The notes under the pieces are model-generated. The model was not told the origin of the DNA, did no database searches, and saw nothing but the letters and a program-made list of their open reading frames with translations. Of a stretch of 64,000 bases of DNA, positions 18,112-28,655 are shown piece by piece (the first letter of the stretch is position 1; each line of letters starts with the position of its first letter). The stretch lies in IMG/VR virus record IMGVR_UViG_3300020166_000012, one strand, 5' to 3'. This DNA comes from an uncultured virus (IMG/VR IMGVR_UViG_3300020166_000012). Taxonomy: Duplodnaviria; Heunggongvirae; Uroviricota; Caudoviricetes. Position numbers and translations under genes: made by a program.

Positions 18112-18249
18112 TTATAATTTATCCTGTAATTCTGCAATTCGAATATAAGAATTTTGCAATTGAGCTTGTAAATCATACACATTTTTTTCTAGAATTTGAA
18201 TTTTTATATTCATTTCAGCAAATGCTTTTTCAATATCTTTATTACTCAT
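18112..18249 (-). CDS. small coiled-coil protein (45 aa)
   Basis: MSNKDIEKAF...YIRIAELQDKL; GGAG RBS; not in ORF track. Confidence 0.55.
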   Translation of the reverse strand: MSNKDIEKAFAEMNIKIQILEKNVYDLQAQLQNSYIRIAELQDKL

Positions 18250-18315
18250 ATCAATCTCTCCATATTATATATTATATTTTACTATAATTATCAAAAAAAG
18301 TAAACAGCTATTTAA

Positions 18316-19410
18316 TTAATTCCACCCAATCTTTTCCCACGGAACATCTTTATTGCCAAAATGACCGTACGTACAGTTTTTACTATATTCATAAAAATTA
18401 AACATATCAAATCGGTCAATAATTCCTTTAGGGCTCAGATCAATTTCTTTACGGATAAACTTTTCAATACTTTTACTATAGCCATTGGATTCTACATAAA
18501 TGCTGATAGGTTGTTTAACTCCAATTGCATAGCTTAATTGAATATTACACCAATCAGCCATTTCATCTGCTACAACATTTTTAGCGAGCCAACGTGCCAT
18601 ATAAGCCGCGCTGCGATCTACTTTCGTGGGGTCTTTACCACTAAAAGCACCGCCGCCGTGGGGAGCAAAGCCCCCATAAGTATCAACAATAATCTTACGT
18701 CCAGTAACACCAGCATCCCCATCAGGGCCGCCAATAACAAAATTACCAGTAGGATTAATATGCCATACAGTATTTTCATCAATCATATCTCCTAAACCAC
18801 AATGCAATACGGCACCCCTTGCAAGGGTCCTTGCAGTTTGAATTTCATTAGCGGCATGTTGAGTACTAATAACAATTTGGTCTACCCGTTTAGCTATACC
18901 ACCTTCGTATTGTATACTAATTTGTGATTTTGCATCGGGGCCTAATATATTATCTAATAATCGAATTTCTTTCAATTCTTTAAGAATTTCATGCGCATAA
19001 TAAATAGGAGCCGGTAAATAGGCATCATTATCATTACAAGCATAGCCAAACATAATACCCTGATCCCCAGCCCCAAAATCATCGGTGCCTAATGCAATAT
19101 CAGCGCTTTGTGCATGGATTTCATTGTAAATTTTTAGATTATCCCAATGAAATCCCTCTTGTTCATATCCAATTTTTTTTACTGTATTACGAACAATTTC
19201 TTTAACTTCTTCGTTGCTCACATTAAAGTTTTTTACTTCACCGGCCAACGTTACCATATTAGTAGTTGTAAGAGTTTCAACAGCAACACGAGTTGTCTCA
19301 TCGCCGGCGCGCAATCCCGCATCAACAAGGGCGTCACTGATTTGGTCTGCTACTTTATCGGGGTGGCCGTCACTAACACTTTCACTAGTAAAAATATAAT
19401 TTTGATTCAT
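18316..19410 (-). CDS. metK: S-adenosylmethionine synthetase
   Basis: SESVSDGHPDK, GAGDQG, GGGAFSGKDPTKVDRS. Confidence 0.97.
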   Translation of the reverse strand: MNQNYIFTSESVSDGHPDKVADQISDALVDAGLRAGDETTRVAVETLTTTNMVTLAGEVKNFNVSNEEVKEIVRNTVKKIGYEQEGFHWDNLKIYNEIHAQSADIALGTDDFGAGDQGIMFGYACNDNDAYLPAPIYYAHEILKELKEIRLLDNILGPDAKSQISIQYEGGIAKRVDQIVISTQHAANEIQTARTLARGAVLHCGLGDMIDENTVWHINPTGNFVIGGPDGDAGVTGRKIIVDTYGGFAPHGGGAFSGKDPTKVDRSAAYMARWLAKNVVADEMADWCNIQLSYAIGVKQPISIYVESNGYSKSIEKFIRKEIDLSPKGIIDRFDMFNFYEYSKNCTYGHFGNKDVPWEKIGWN

Positions 19411-19412
19411 AA

Positions 19413-20228
19413 TTATTTCTTTTTTCTAAGTGGTAGGGCAATATCCACATCATCATCAATACATTGTTTACCATATTGTAATTCTACTATATGCGAAGCA
19501 ATTTTAAATGGATTACTTGCTTCATACCAAGATTTAGCTGGAATAACTTGTGGTGGATCTTGTGGAGTTAATATTTTTTTATCTAAACCCCTATGTAGGT
19601 TTAGCTGAGTTTGCCCCTGTATTTGTGTCCAAAGTTCACTTCTATTTTTATGGCGTTGATTCATTAATGACTTTTTAGGCAAAATCATTAATTCTCTTAA
19701 TTTATAATGTAATCCTGTTTTTGGATCCACACCTTCGGCTAATATTCTATACCAGCCCCATTCCTGTAAAGTTTTTGCGCTTCTCCATTCATCAAGAATT
19801 TCAAAAGATGAATTAACTACTTCTCTGCCCACATCAAAAACAAAGGTTACTTGGGGGTTATCAATAAGTGGTTTATTATCTTCGGGTGGTTTGCTATAAC
19901 CATTAGCACATATAATATCAGCTTTAGGATATTCTAGCATTATTTGTTGAATAAATTTAAGAGCAGTATCATCAGCATCCATATCAGAGGTAAAACAAAC
20001 TGCTTTATTTACAAAACCAAGTTCCGCAATAATAGCATGTCTATCTTCTATATCAAGAAACGGCCGACCCCGACGTCGGGTCAACCGCTCATTAGAATGA
20101 ATTCCAACAATAAGCATATCACCAAGGCGAGCTGCTTCTTTTAAGTATTTAATATGTCCTTTATGTAATGGGTCAAACCCACCTGTTGCAAGAACAATTT
20201 TCTTTTTTCTAAACGGTTTTATACGCAT
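19413..20228 (-). CDS. cytidylyltransferase-like plus C-terminal cupin fusion
   Basis: TGGFDPLHKGH; WGWY...SLMNQRH...RSELW...ELQYG (mannose-6-P isomerase-type cupin). Confidence 0.8.
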   Translation of the reverse strand: MRIKPFRKKKIVLATGGFDPLHKGHIKYLKEAARLGDMLIVGIHSNERLTRRRGRPFLDIEDRHAIIAELGFVNKAVCFTSDMDADDTALKFIQQIMLEYPKADIICANGYSKPPEDNKPLIDNPQVTFVFDVGREVVNSSFEILDEWRSAKTLQEWGWYRILAEGVDPKTGLHYKLRELMILPKKSLMNQRHKNRSELWTQIQGQTQLNLHRGLDKKILTPQDPPQVIPAKSWYEASNPFKIASHIVELQYGKQCIDDDVDIALPLRKKK

Positions 20229-21150
20229 ATTCTATAGCCCTGTCTGCTTCTACTTGCAAGTTTCTTGATTCATATATTCGGGCAGTATCGTTATCTAATT
20301 CTCTTATAATATCTGCAATTTCATATGATGTTATTGGGTATTGTCGTCTAATAGCGCTAATTGCTATTGAGCTCATAATCTTATATATCATTCTATATCG
20401 GCCGCTGCCATCAGTAAAAGCCATTGTACGGTATTCATCAATTAATTTCTTTGAAACAAACGGACAATCACGATAACCATCCCAATGAATATTACTTTTT
20501 TCTAATTGGTTAGCTCTAAAACTAACTATTTGTTTTTGTATTTCAGTCGGAAGCCTATCAATAAAATTTGCACTATGTTTTTTTTCTTCATACGGATGCT
20601 TGTCCATTAACCGATAGGGATTAATAGATGCGCCGTCAAGGTTAGAAAAAATAAAATTGTTACTATTAGCATAAGTTGCAGGCACGTAATACATACGAGA
20701 AAGGTCTTTAGTCTGCGTATCTCCGAGTCTGCCGATCTCTGTATTAAGGCTGTGCCAAAAATGTTTGATTCGTGAGCTTTCAACATGCGTTTCAAGAGGG
20801 AAGACGAGGCGAAACTTCGGTAAAGAATTAGTACTGCTAGCAGTGCTATAACACACGTACCGATAATGGCCGAAATTAGTATATAACTCATCTTTTAAGT
20901 TACCCTTAAACTCATGATCGTCAACATCAGCAGCAGCCCAACCTGCCCAAGCCAATACATTAGCATTGGCTCTAGTTGTGCCAGCCTGGTAAGTAGCTGG
21001 AGAAATAAGTTCTGCATCTTTTTTTCCATTTCGTTTAATATCAGACAATTTATATAAAAAGGATTCAAACGCATCAAAATCTTCGAAATCCATTTTTCGA
21101 TGCGTTGCGTTATCAAATATAGATTTAAAAATCGTAGAAGAAATATTCAT
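20209..21150 (-). CDS. AEP-like primase/primpol
   Basis: AADVDD, YSTASS, KFRLVFPL, DLSRMYYVP. Confidence 0.65.
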   Translation of the reverse strand: MNISSTIFKSIFDNATHRKMDFEDFDAFESFLYKLSDIKRNGKKDAELISPATYQAGTTRANANVLAWAGWAAADVDDHEFKGNLKDELYTNFGHYRYVCYSTASSTNSLPKFRLVFPLETHVESSRIKHFWHSLNTEIGRLGDTQTKDLSRMYYVPATYANSNNFIFSNLDGASINPYRLMDKHPYEEKKHSANFIDRLPTEIQKQIVSFRANQLEKSNIHWDGYRDCPFVSKKLIDEYRTMAFTDGSGRYRMIYKIMSSIAISAIRRQYPITSYEIADIIRELDNDTARIYESRNLQVEADRAIEYAYKTV

Positions 21151-21178
21151 GATATTATCTAATTCACCAATTATAAGT

Positions 21179-21598
21179 TTAGTCGTTAAGAAGTGCTTTG
21201 TTTAAATCGCCGTGATTACCTATATGACTCGGAGCTACCCACCCATCCGGCTTAATAAGGTCCGGAAGTCCGAATTTGTTCGGACGACCTTCTTTTACAC
21301 CTGGTGATTTAGCCATATTTGCTTCATACACTCGATCCCACGCGTCATTAGCATCAACACCAAATACATCAAGAGTACCAATAGCAAATACACACAAGTC
21401 AATAAGGCCATCAACAATTTCTTCTGGATCTTTTGCATCCAGCGCGTCAAGTGTTTCGTCTAGTTCTTCTTTGCACATCGACAAGCGGAATTTTAAATAT
21501 TTATCCATCAATTCTTTATTATTACAATTAGCAAGGAACCAATCCCTAACACCAAATTTATTATGCATCATATAGATGTCATTTACCCAGTCACTCAT
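21179..21598 (-). CDS. all-alpha NTP pyrophosphohydrolase (MazG/PRA-PH-like)
   Basis: EELDE...EIVDGLID, ANMAK, KPDGW. Confidence 0.85.
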   Translation of the reverse strand: MSDWVNDIYMMHNKFGVRDWFLANCNNKELMDKYLKFRLSMCKEELDETLDALDAKDPEEIVDGLIDLCVFAIGTLDVFGVDANDAWDRVYEANMAKSPGVKEGRPNKFGLPDLIKPDGWVAPSHIGNHGDLNKALLND

Positions 21599-21630
21599 AA
21601 TATATCCTCTTATTATAATTTATAATACTA

Positions 21631-22368
21631 TTATACCACACCCGCAAACCGATGTACATCAGAATTTTCAATTGCCCAAAGAATCCTTTGGGTATCTTGC
21701 CAGTCTTTTACATGAAATGCTTCTGAACCCGGACGATCCTTAATAGCGGCTTTAAGAGGGAAATCATTACCACCCCAATCCATACTATCTCCGAAGAAAT
21801 AAATGGGGCCACTTAACCGATCTGCTAACTGACGCTTATCAAAACCAATAGGGGCAATATCCAGACCGGTTTCGCCAGCAATTTGGGCAACTACACCTGC
21901 CCCAACAAACCGTTCATTAAAGGCAGAAGCAATTTGCAAACGATCACCGGTATGATAATCCCATTCTACATAAGCGGCTCTTTGTTCAAGATTACAATTT
22001 CTTCCAACAATACTAAAATTAACCAAGCCCGGCCGGTGATCAATGTGCAAGCCGGTTTTATGAAAAAATTTATTTTCCACAACTTGATTATTTAGCCAGT
22101 TTTGAATAGCTTTTGGAAGAACCCAATCCGAACTTTCAATTTCTATTCCTTTTTTCCAAATTGAATTACCAGAACAATTATGAATTTCCCTTACGCTATT
22201 ACATATTTTATCTCCGAGCTGCGCATATGTTTTAGCATAATCGGATCCAGTAATAAGATATACTGTATTATTTTTTACAAAGTTCAAGAAAAATGTTTTA
22301 AAGTCTTTATCCATTTTTTGACGGCTTGGCGTAAGCGTACCGTCCACATCAAAAACATAATTAATCAT
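21631..22368 (-). CDS. HAD IIB hydrolase, phosphomannomutase-like
   Basis: FDVDGTLT, TGSD, NFSIVGR, FFGD...GGND; start reassigned to MINY. Confidence 0.85.
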   Translation of the reverse strand: MINYVFDVDGTLTPSRQKMDKDFKTFFLNFVKNNTVYLITGSDYAKTYAQLGDKICNSVREIHNCSGNSIWKKGIEIESSDWVLPKAIQNWLNNQVVENKFFHKTGLHIDHRPGLVNFSIVGRNCNLEQRAAYVEWDYHTGDRLQIASAFNERFVGAGVVAQIAGETGLDIAPIGFDKRQLADRLSGPIYFFGDSMDWGGNDFPLKAAIKDRPGSEAFHVKDWQDTQRILWAIENSDVHRFAGVV

Positions 22369-24893
22369 TAGCCAAAGAAATCCTCTAGTGTTGCTTTTTC
22401 TTCTACACTCCATCCAATTGCATCTAAAATTGGGGTGAGTGGTTCAATAAAAGTTTTTTCAAATTGTTTATCATAATCCACATATTTGTGAAGATGAAGC
22501 TCTTCCGGCAAATATTCCGGAAATGCAATAACGTTTTCTTTAATAGGATTAGGTAAAGTAAGATAAGTGAATTTAATCTTTTCTCCATTTTTAATCAATT
22601 CAAACTTTTTACTTAAATCATTAGTTTTTATACAGTTATTATATAAAATGCTACCTCTTACATGAATAGGGGTACCTTTATTATATAAAGTAGTTTTATC
22701 TTGCCATTTTTTAATGTCAGAAACAGATCTGGGAAACGATACTTTTTCGGGTGGAAGGGATTTAAATACTTTCTTAAAATCGCTAATATATTTACGAGTT
22801 TCTTCTTCAGAACCATTAATAAGCACATAGAAAATTTCTCTAAATTTATCGCGGACAACTTCGGGTGTTGAAGATTTAATAGCTTCAATGCCCATAATCT
22901 TAAGCTTAGGAACAGAGTATTGCACACCCTCATTATTGTGAACATTTAAAATATACCGTTTTTTCGCAGTCCAAATGCCGCGATCAGCAATTGCTTCCCG
23001 TCCCATTTGCATTCTATTATCATAAGCATTCATTTTTTCAAATAAAGTATTATACGACTTTGCAAGGAATTTTTCAAATTGATCTCGACAAATCTGATCA
23101 ATAACTTTTACTGTGTCTTCAGTGCTAAGTTTTTGCTTAAAGCGATTAACTAATGGTCCAAAGTGAATATATACTGAGTCTGTATCAATAGCAATAACAT
23201 AATCAACATCTTCAGTTTTCATAATTTTATTCATTGCATCATTAACAGCTCTTTCAGCTGAACGAATTGCAAGTTGGCCAGATAAAGTAATACCTTCTGC
23301 AATATCCATATCAAAATATCTAAAGTATTGATTGCCTAGTGCACCATAAAGAGAGTTTAAAAGAATTTTAATAGCCATTTGGCGATTTTCAAGTTGGTTG
23401 ATTTTCTTTTCTAAATCAGCAGATTTATTCTTTTCATATTCAGATTGGGTAGCAAGCATTTCTTTTTTAACTTGAGAACGCTCATTATAATAATCAACAA
23501 TAATTTTAGGAATAACACCCTGTGATTTTTTACTATAGCAACTGCCATTTGCTGCAACAGATAAATCGGCTTCACGCTGGGTATCTCGAATTTCACCGCT
23601 TTGAAGATAATAGTCTACCCCGCTTTGACCTCGTAGCATTGGATCTTTAATCAAAGTTTCGGGTGACATATTATATTGCACAATAAGATTTGGATAAAGC
23701 GAATTCAAATCAAAGGAAACAACCCAATCGTACATGCCCGGAATAGGCTCTTTTACGTATCCACCTGGATATGGAAGCTTATGGCTATTTCTATTAGGAG
23801 GAACAATAATATTATCTTTTGCTAATTTGCGATAGATAATAGAATCCCATATAGCAGTAGTACCAAATGTATCAGAATAGTTAACACCACCCTTATATGC
23901 CATAGTCATAGCAAGAGTAATAAGATCCATTTTTTCATCGATACGGTCAACAAGTTCAACATCTTTAATATTATAATCAATAAATTTTTGATGATTTGCT
24001 TTGTATAAGCCATGAAGATTTCCATATTCTTCATATGAAATTTTATGTTCACCCAATACAACATGAGCAATATGGTCTAGTTTATAAGATTCTTGCGGAC
24101 CATATGAATAACCAAATTTTTGAAATAGTTCAATGTAGTCGAGTTGTTGTACACCCGCAATATCAAATGAAGTTGTTAATTTACCGCGGATATTAATTTG
24201 CCGCTTACCAACCACTCCCCACGGAGAAAGTTTTTTAGCAACAGCCTCGCCGGCAATGCGTGTAATGCGGTTGTAAATATATGGAATATCAAACATACGG
24301 ATATACCAGCCAGTAATAATATCTGGCGTGTTATTTCTCCAGTATTCCATAAACTGAGCAAGCAATTCAATTTCAGAATTACACTTGCGATACTGGATAA
24401 TTTTATCTTTATGTTCACTATTTTCTACATTCCAATCACCAAGACCCCAAGCATGATAAACATTACTTTGATTAGATTTTAATGCAATAGAAATAATTGG
24501 ATGTTCTGCAACATCCGGTTCTGGAAAGCCATCGTCCGAAGCAACTTCAATATCAAAATTGGAAATGTTAACGAGGTTTCTATCAAATGTAATATCATCC
24601 GGAAATTTTTCGGTAATAAATTGTTGAGCGTAATTAGTATTTCCATATACACTAAAGTTATCTACATCTTTATATTGAGCAACAAATTGATATGCGTCAT
24701 TCATATTATCAAATGTAATAGGCGCAACACGCACGCCGTCCAAAGAACGAAGTTCATCCTCTGGTTTAGTGCTTCTTATATAAAGAGTAGGTTTAAATTT
24801 ATGCTTAGTCTCAATCCGAGCACCGCTTTGATTAACTCCTCTATACAGAATTTGATTACCGTGTTTAAAAACTGATGTATAAAATGGTTTCAA
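22368..24893 (-). CDS. gp43: family B DNA polymerase gp43
   Basis: DIEV exo motif, [26 protein letters not shown]. Confidence 0.98.
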   Translation of the reverse strand: MKPFYTSVFKHGNQILYRGVNQSGARIETKHKFKPTLYIRSTKPEDELRSLDGVRVAPITFDNMNDAYQFVAQYKDVDNFSVYGNTNYAQQFITEKFPDDITFDRNLVNISNFDIEVASDDGFPEPDVAEHPIISIALKSNQSNVYHAWGLGDWNVENSEHKDKIIQYRKCNSEIELLAQFMEYWRNNTPDIITGWYIRMFDIPYIYNRITRIAGEAVAKKLSPWGVVGKRQINIRGKLTTSFDIAGVQQLDYIELFQKFGYSYGPQESYKLDHIAHVVLGEHKISYEEYGNLHGLYKANHQKFIDYNIKDVELVDRIDEKMDLITLAMTMAYKGGVNYSDTFGTTAIWDSIIYRKLAKDNIIVPPNRNSHKLPYPGGYVKEPIPGMYDWVVSFDLNSLYPNLIVQYNMSPETLIKDPMLRGQSGVDYYLQSGEIRDTQREADLSVAANGSCYSKKSQGVIPKIIVDYYNERSQVKKEMLATQSEYEKNKSADLEKKINQLENRQMAIKILLNSLYGALGNQYFRYFDMDIAEGITLSGQLAIRSAERAVNDAMNKIMKTEDVDYVIAIDTDSVYIHFGPLVNRFKQKLSTEDTVKVIDQICRDQFEKFLAKSYNTLFEKMNAYDNRMQMGREAIADRGIWTAKKRYILNVHNNEGVQYSVPKLKIMGIEAIKSSTPEVVRDKFREIFYVLINGSEEETRKYISDFKKVFKSLPPEKVSFPRSVSDIKKWQDKTTLYNKGTPIHVRGSILYNNCIKTNDLSKKFELIKNGEKIKFTYLTLPNPIKENVIAFPEYLPEELHLHKYVDYDKQFEKTFIEPLTPILDAIGWSVEEKATLEDFFG

Positions 24894-24994
24894 TTAACTT
24901 CTCCATATGGGATGGTATCATAATATATTTATATTATTATTATTATAGCATAAAAGGGGGGCATTGAACACCCCCCAATTAATATTAGTATTAG

Positions 24995-25216
24995 TTATGT
25001 TTTACTTGAAACAAAGCTATACATTTCTTTAGCTTTTTCCATCAATTCATCCACTGAATACATCTGGTAAGACTCTTGAATATCTTCAAGGCTCTTCTTA
25101 CCTTTTTCCATCATTGCTTCAGCAAACTGAACATTAATTTGCTGCTGTTGATCCATGTACTCTTTTGCAAGTTGCAGCATATCTGCACGGATCTCGAATG
25201 GGTTTTTATTAGTCAT
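24995..25216 (-). CDS. hypothetical protein
   Basis: 73 aa, AGGAG RBS. Confidence 0.7.
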   Translation of the reverse strand: MTNKNPFEIRADMLQLAKEYMDQQQQINVQFAEAMMEKGKKSLEDIQESYQMYSVDELMEKAKEMYSFVSSKT

Positions 25217-25297
25217 AATAGACTCCTTTGTGTGTTATGTGTTTACATGCATAGATCTTCGTATTTAATAGTATGAGCCCTATGCTGACTCGCGCTA

Positions 25298-25510
25298 TTA
25301 TTTCGGGAAGTACTTGTTAAGAATTTCCATATGATCTTCATATTTTGCCATCTCCTCAAGTTCTTTTTCAATTGCGTCCATAACATCAGAGTGTTCGCCA
25401 ACTCCAACTGGATTTGTTAAATAGATTTCAATATTCATTTTATGTTTTTCAACATGTGCTTTAGCATGATCATATGCTGCATTAATCATTTGCAATCTTA
25501 GTGTTGTCAT
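25298..25510 (-). CDS. hypothetical protein
   Basis: 70 aa, NPVGVGEHSD. Confidence 0.7.
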   Translation of the reverse strand: MTTLRLQMINAAYDHAKAHVEKHKMNIEIYLTNPVGVGEHSDVMDAIEKELEEMAKYEDHMEILNKYFPK

Positions 25511-25872
25511 TGTTTTACTCCCATTGATTGTAGATATTCAATAATAACTTGGCGCCCAGATTCTTTCTTTTCTTTGAAATTCATCTTAGTACCTTTAACC
25601 AGTTTTTTAGAATTGGTTAGCCACTTATCTATAAGCTCAGGAGTCCATTGGGGGTTTTCTTCTGCCCATGCTAATAGTTTTTTACTATAACGATAATCTT
25701 CATTTGTTGCTACGCCACGATTCATAACATTCCATAGGTTTGGTCCAGCGCCGTTTTTTGCGCCTTCTTCAATACTATGACAAGATGCACATTTTCTAAA
25801 TGCTTTATCAGCATGCGCTGCGGAACCTGTTACGATAAAAAAAGCAATAAATGCTACTAAGTTTTTAGTCAT
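25507..25872 (-). CDS. class I cytochrome c (c2-like)
   Basis: Signal peptide, CASCH heme motif, GPNL, GTKM axial Met. Confidence 0.9.
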   Translation of the reverse strand: MTKNLVAFIAFFIVTGSAAHADKAFRKCASCHSIEEGAKNGAGPNLWNVMNRGVATNEDYRYSKKLLAWAEENPQWTPELIDKWLTNSKKLVKGTKMNFKEKKESGRQVIIEYLQSMGVKQ

Positions 25873-25921
25873 ATTATATTTCCTCTCAATGCTTAGTATT
25901 TAATATTCTGTAAAATAAATT

Positions 25922-25943
25922 GGGAGGCTAACCGTGGCCTCCC
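25922..25943 (-). terminator. intrinsic terminator
   Basis: GGGAGGC-8 nt-GCCTCCC hairpin with T-rich tail on minus strand. Confidence 0.65.
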
Positions 25944-25966
25944 GCGCACTTATTAAGTAGTGACCC

Positions 25967-26140
25967 TTACTTTTGAAGCTTGGCGTATTCCATCATACAC
26001 TTTTTAGCTTCTTCATGAAAACCATGATTAGCCAAATGAGCTGCTGCTCTAGCATAGCCAATCATTTCCAGTTTATTCATAATATTCTTACCAAGACCGG
26101 CAAAGGGACTGGCAATATAGTTATATGTAATAGCAACCAT
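25967..26140 (-). CDS. small hypothetical protein
   Basis: Start reassigned to MVAITY, GGAGAG RBS; GYARAAAHL. Confidence 0.6.
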   Translation of the reverse strand: MVAITYNYIASPFAGLGKNIMNKLEMIGYARAAAHLANHGFHEEAKKCMMEYAKLQK

Positions 26141-26141
26141 G

Positions 26142-26402
26142 TTACACTCTCCCACGAATTTTGCCATGGTAATCACTAACATTTTGATTAGCTATGGTAT
26201 AAATATCACCACGACTAATACCAATGTCAGATAATTCAGCGTTTGAAAGTTTATTCAACTCCTGAATAGTTTTAGCAACATCTCTTGCCATACGGTACGA
26301 AGCGTGAAGCTTAGTTAAGTAATTGCTAACAACGCTAAAGAGTTGTACGACTGGGGTGATTACCGTCAGTTTCGGTAAGTAGTTGGTTATTGTGTGTGTC
26401 AT
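26142..26402 (-). CDS. DUF1127-family small protein
   Basis: ELNKLSNAELSDIGISRGDI signature. Confidence 0.85.
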   Translation of the reverse strand: MTHTITNYLPKLTVITPVVQLFSVVSNYLTKLHASYRMARDVAKTIQELNKLSNAELSDIGISRGDIYTIANQNVSDYHGKIRGRV

Positions 26403-26823
26403 TTTGACCCTCGTTTTTTCCAATTGAAATTATACGAGGACGCTGATTTTCTGGGACAACATATTTCAGTTCAACTGCTAGAATGCCATCTTGAATATCT
26501 GCTCCATGCACGTAAACGTGCTCAGACAGCCTAAAGGTGCGTTTAAATTTCTTCGTAGAAATACCACGGTGAATAAACTCACGACCCTTTGAAATGTGAT
26601 CCCCCATTACTGTTAATGTTCGGTCTTTGACCTCAATTGACAGTTCATCTTTTGAAAACCCCGCAACAGCCAATTCGATTAGATAATTATCTTCATCAGT
26701 TTTGATTATGTTGTGGGGTGGATAATGATCATTAGCATGTTTAGCAACATGATCAAGCTCATTAAATAAATGGTCAAAACCAATAAATGAGCCACGGGGG
26801 AATAAATTTTGAACGCCTGTCAT
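26335..26823 (-). CDS. small heat shock protein Hsp20 (IbpA-like)
   Basis: IGFDHLF, YPPHNI, ELAVAGF, HRGIS, DGIL; TATAAATA at 26882-26889. Confidence 0.93.
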   Translation of the reverse strand: MTGVQNLFPRGSFIGFDHLFNELDHVAKHANDHYPPHNIIKTDEDNYLIELAVAGFSKDELSIEVKDRTLTVMGDHISKGREFIHRGISTKKFKRTFRLSEHVYVHGADIQDGILAVELKYVVPENQRPRIISIGKNEGQNDTHNNQLLTETDGNHPSRTTL

Positions 26824-26928
26824 AGTTTTCTCCTTTTACAAGCAAGATTGTTAAGTAACCGGTCTATCCGCATTACCATTGTATTTATATAGTATAACAT
26901 ATTTCAGCTATAATGTAAATAATTTTTT

Positions 26929-27678
26929 TTAATTTTTTATGATTTTATCAAATAAATTTTGATTATTTGAAGATACTACATAAGAATATTTTGCGCATAT
27001 AAGAGGTATATCTAATGTTTGTAAACGCTCTACTTCTTTAATTAAAGCAAATAATCTACCGATTGGATTTTTTATAGAATCAAATTCATAATTAATATAA
27101 GGCATAAATTTAAACCCCAAATCTTCCATTAATGGTTTAATATTTGGTATTGAGTACCATAGCATGGGGTGGCCAGTATATAATCCGCGAATTATTTTAT
27201 TACTAATAATATTATTTTCTATAGGAACGTATATACTACTTTTTCTATATCGTTGATTTAAAAAAATAGTACGCGATTTTTCAAAATTCCATTCTTCGAT
27301 CCGCTTACCATCTTTTTCAAAATTAACTGATTTAAAATATCCTTTAGGAATAGCAGTAGCTCTACAAAAAGAAAGAATATCATAAGAATATAAATCATCG
27401 TGATTTCTATAGTTTAACCAATCATAAGTTCGGCCGCGATCTATGGAATTCTTAATATATGTTGAACAAATATTATCATCTAATATTTTTTTATTTTTCT
27501 TTAAAAACTCTATATAGGCTCTAGTTGTAAAAGGTCTATTATATCCAATTGTATTAAAATTAAATAAAAACCGATGGTCATATTGTCTAAAAATATCATA
27601 TCGAAAAGTACTTTGATCTGGAACTAAAGCCAAAGCTTTTCCATAACTAGTAATTAAACCCTTAATATCAAATTTCAT
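26929..27678 (-). CDS. hypothetical protein, possibly glycosyltransferase-related
   Basis: AT-rich 249-aa ORF; E...SNKI...HP...LGFK...FD pattern. Confidence 0.5.
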   Translation of the reverse strand: MKFDIKGLITSYGKALALVPDQSTFRYDIFRQYDHRFLFNFNTIGYNRPFTTRAYIEFLKKNKKILDDNICSTYIKNSIDRGRTYDWLNYRNHDDLYSYDILSFCRATAIPKGYFKSVNFEKDGKRIEEWNFEKSRTIFLNQRYRKSSIYVPIENNIISNKIIRGLYTGHPMLWYSIPNIKPLMEDLGFKFMPYINYEFDSIKNPIGRLFALIKEVERLQTLDIPLICAKYSYVVSSNNQNLFDKIIKN

Positions 27679-27768
27679 AATATACCGATTTATAAAAAAA
27701 TTATCTTTTCACTCTACAATGCGGACAAAAATTATCTTGACCTAGATCTGTCATACATTCCGGACAAG

Positions 27769-28179
27769 TCATTTTTTACCAATATTATATTTTGGACAGA
27801 GTTCCCATTTATCTTTATCTTTAAATGGAATAATTTTTATATGACGTAATGGAGATACTGGAGTTGCCAATTCAGCATTTACAATTTCAATCAATCCCCA
27901 ATCAGACATTAATGTAGCAATTGTATTTCTACGGGCTACATCACTTTCTTCAAGATTTGATTTTTTGCCGTCCAAAAGAAATAATTCTTTGAAATGTACA
28001 ATAAAATATCTGCCTTGTTTATGCAAAATATGGCAAGACTGAAATAGTTTATTTTCTTTTTTTGATGCAATACCAATTCTAGTGAGGGTTTCTCGAATCT
28101 TTAAAAAATCATCGGGCTCGGCAATAGTGATTTCGAGCATCATCTCGGGAGACCACTGCGCAATTTTATTATCTTCCAT
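27769..28179 (-). CDS. regA: translational repressor RegA
   Basis: DFLKIRETLTRIGIAS, CHILHKQGRYFIVHFKELF. Confidence 0.96.
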   Translation of the reverse strand: MEDNKIAQWSPEMMLEITIAEPDDFLKIRETLTRIGIASKKENKLFQSCHILHKQGRYFIVHFKELFLLDGKKSNLEESDVARRNTIATLMSDWGLIEIVNAELATPVSPLRHIKIIPFKDKDKWELCPKYNIGKK

Positions 28180-28271
28180 TCAATCAATCCATATCTTTTT
28201 ATTTGTTATTATATACTATTACTAAAGCATATTATTGTTGCCTATATGGATTATTTATACAAATAAAATAT

Positions 28272-28655
28272 TTAAGGTTTTCTTTTTCCACCTTTAAAAA
28301 GTTTTATTTTTATTTCAGCAAGTTGTTCTTCGGATAGTAAATCTATAATTTGATGGGCTTTTTCATTAGAATATCCATAGTATTCTTTAATTAAATTAAT
28401 ATTATCTTCTTTAGATGCTTTATTCCATTTTGAGAACCGCTTTTTTTTCCGCACAATTTGTCGCAAGAAATCATATTGCAATCTACTATCCAAATGACTA
28501 TATTTGTTCATTTCATTAGCAAACAATACAGTATCATAAAAATATGACAATCCGCGATTAACCATAAATGAATTATAGGCTTTTTCATCTATATCATCGC
28601 ACATAATGTCGATTTTACTAGAAGTAATTGATGTCATATAATCAAAGTGATTCAT
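28272..28655 (-). CDS. gp62: clamp loader small subunit gp62
   Basis: FMVNRGLS, NEMN, KKKRFSKW, YYGYS. Confidence 0.92.
   Translation of the reverse strand: MNHFDYMTSITSSKIDIMCDDIDEKAYNSFMVNRGLSYFYDTVLFANEMNKYSHLDSRLQYDFLRQIVRKKKRFSKWNKASKEDNINLIKEYYGYSNEKAHQIIDLLSEEQLAEIKIKLFKGGKRKP

Noticed and set aside
25922..25943. Cuckoo sRNA downstream of DUF1127
   Set aside because: Only one CCTCCC, located in a stem rather than a loop; better explained as a terminator.
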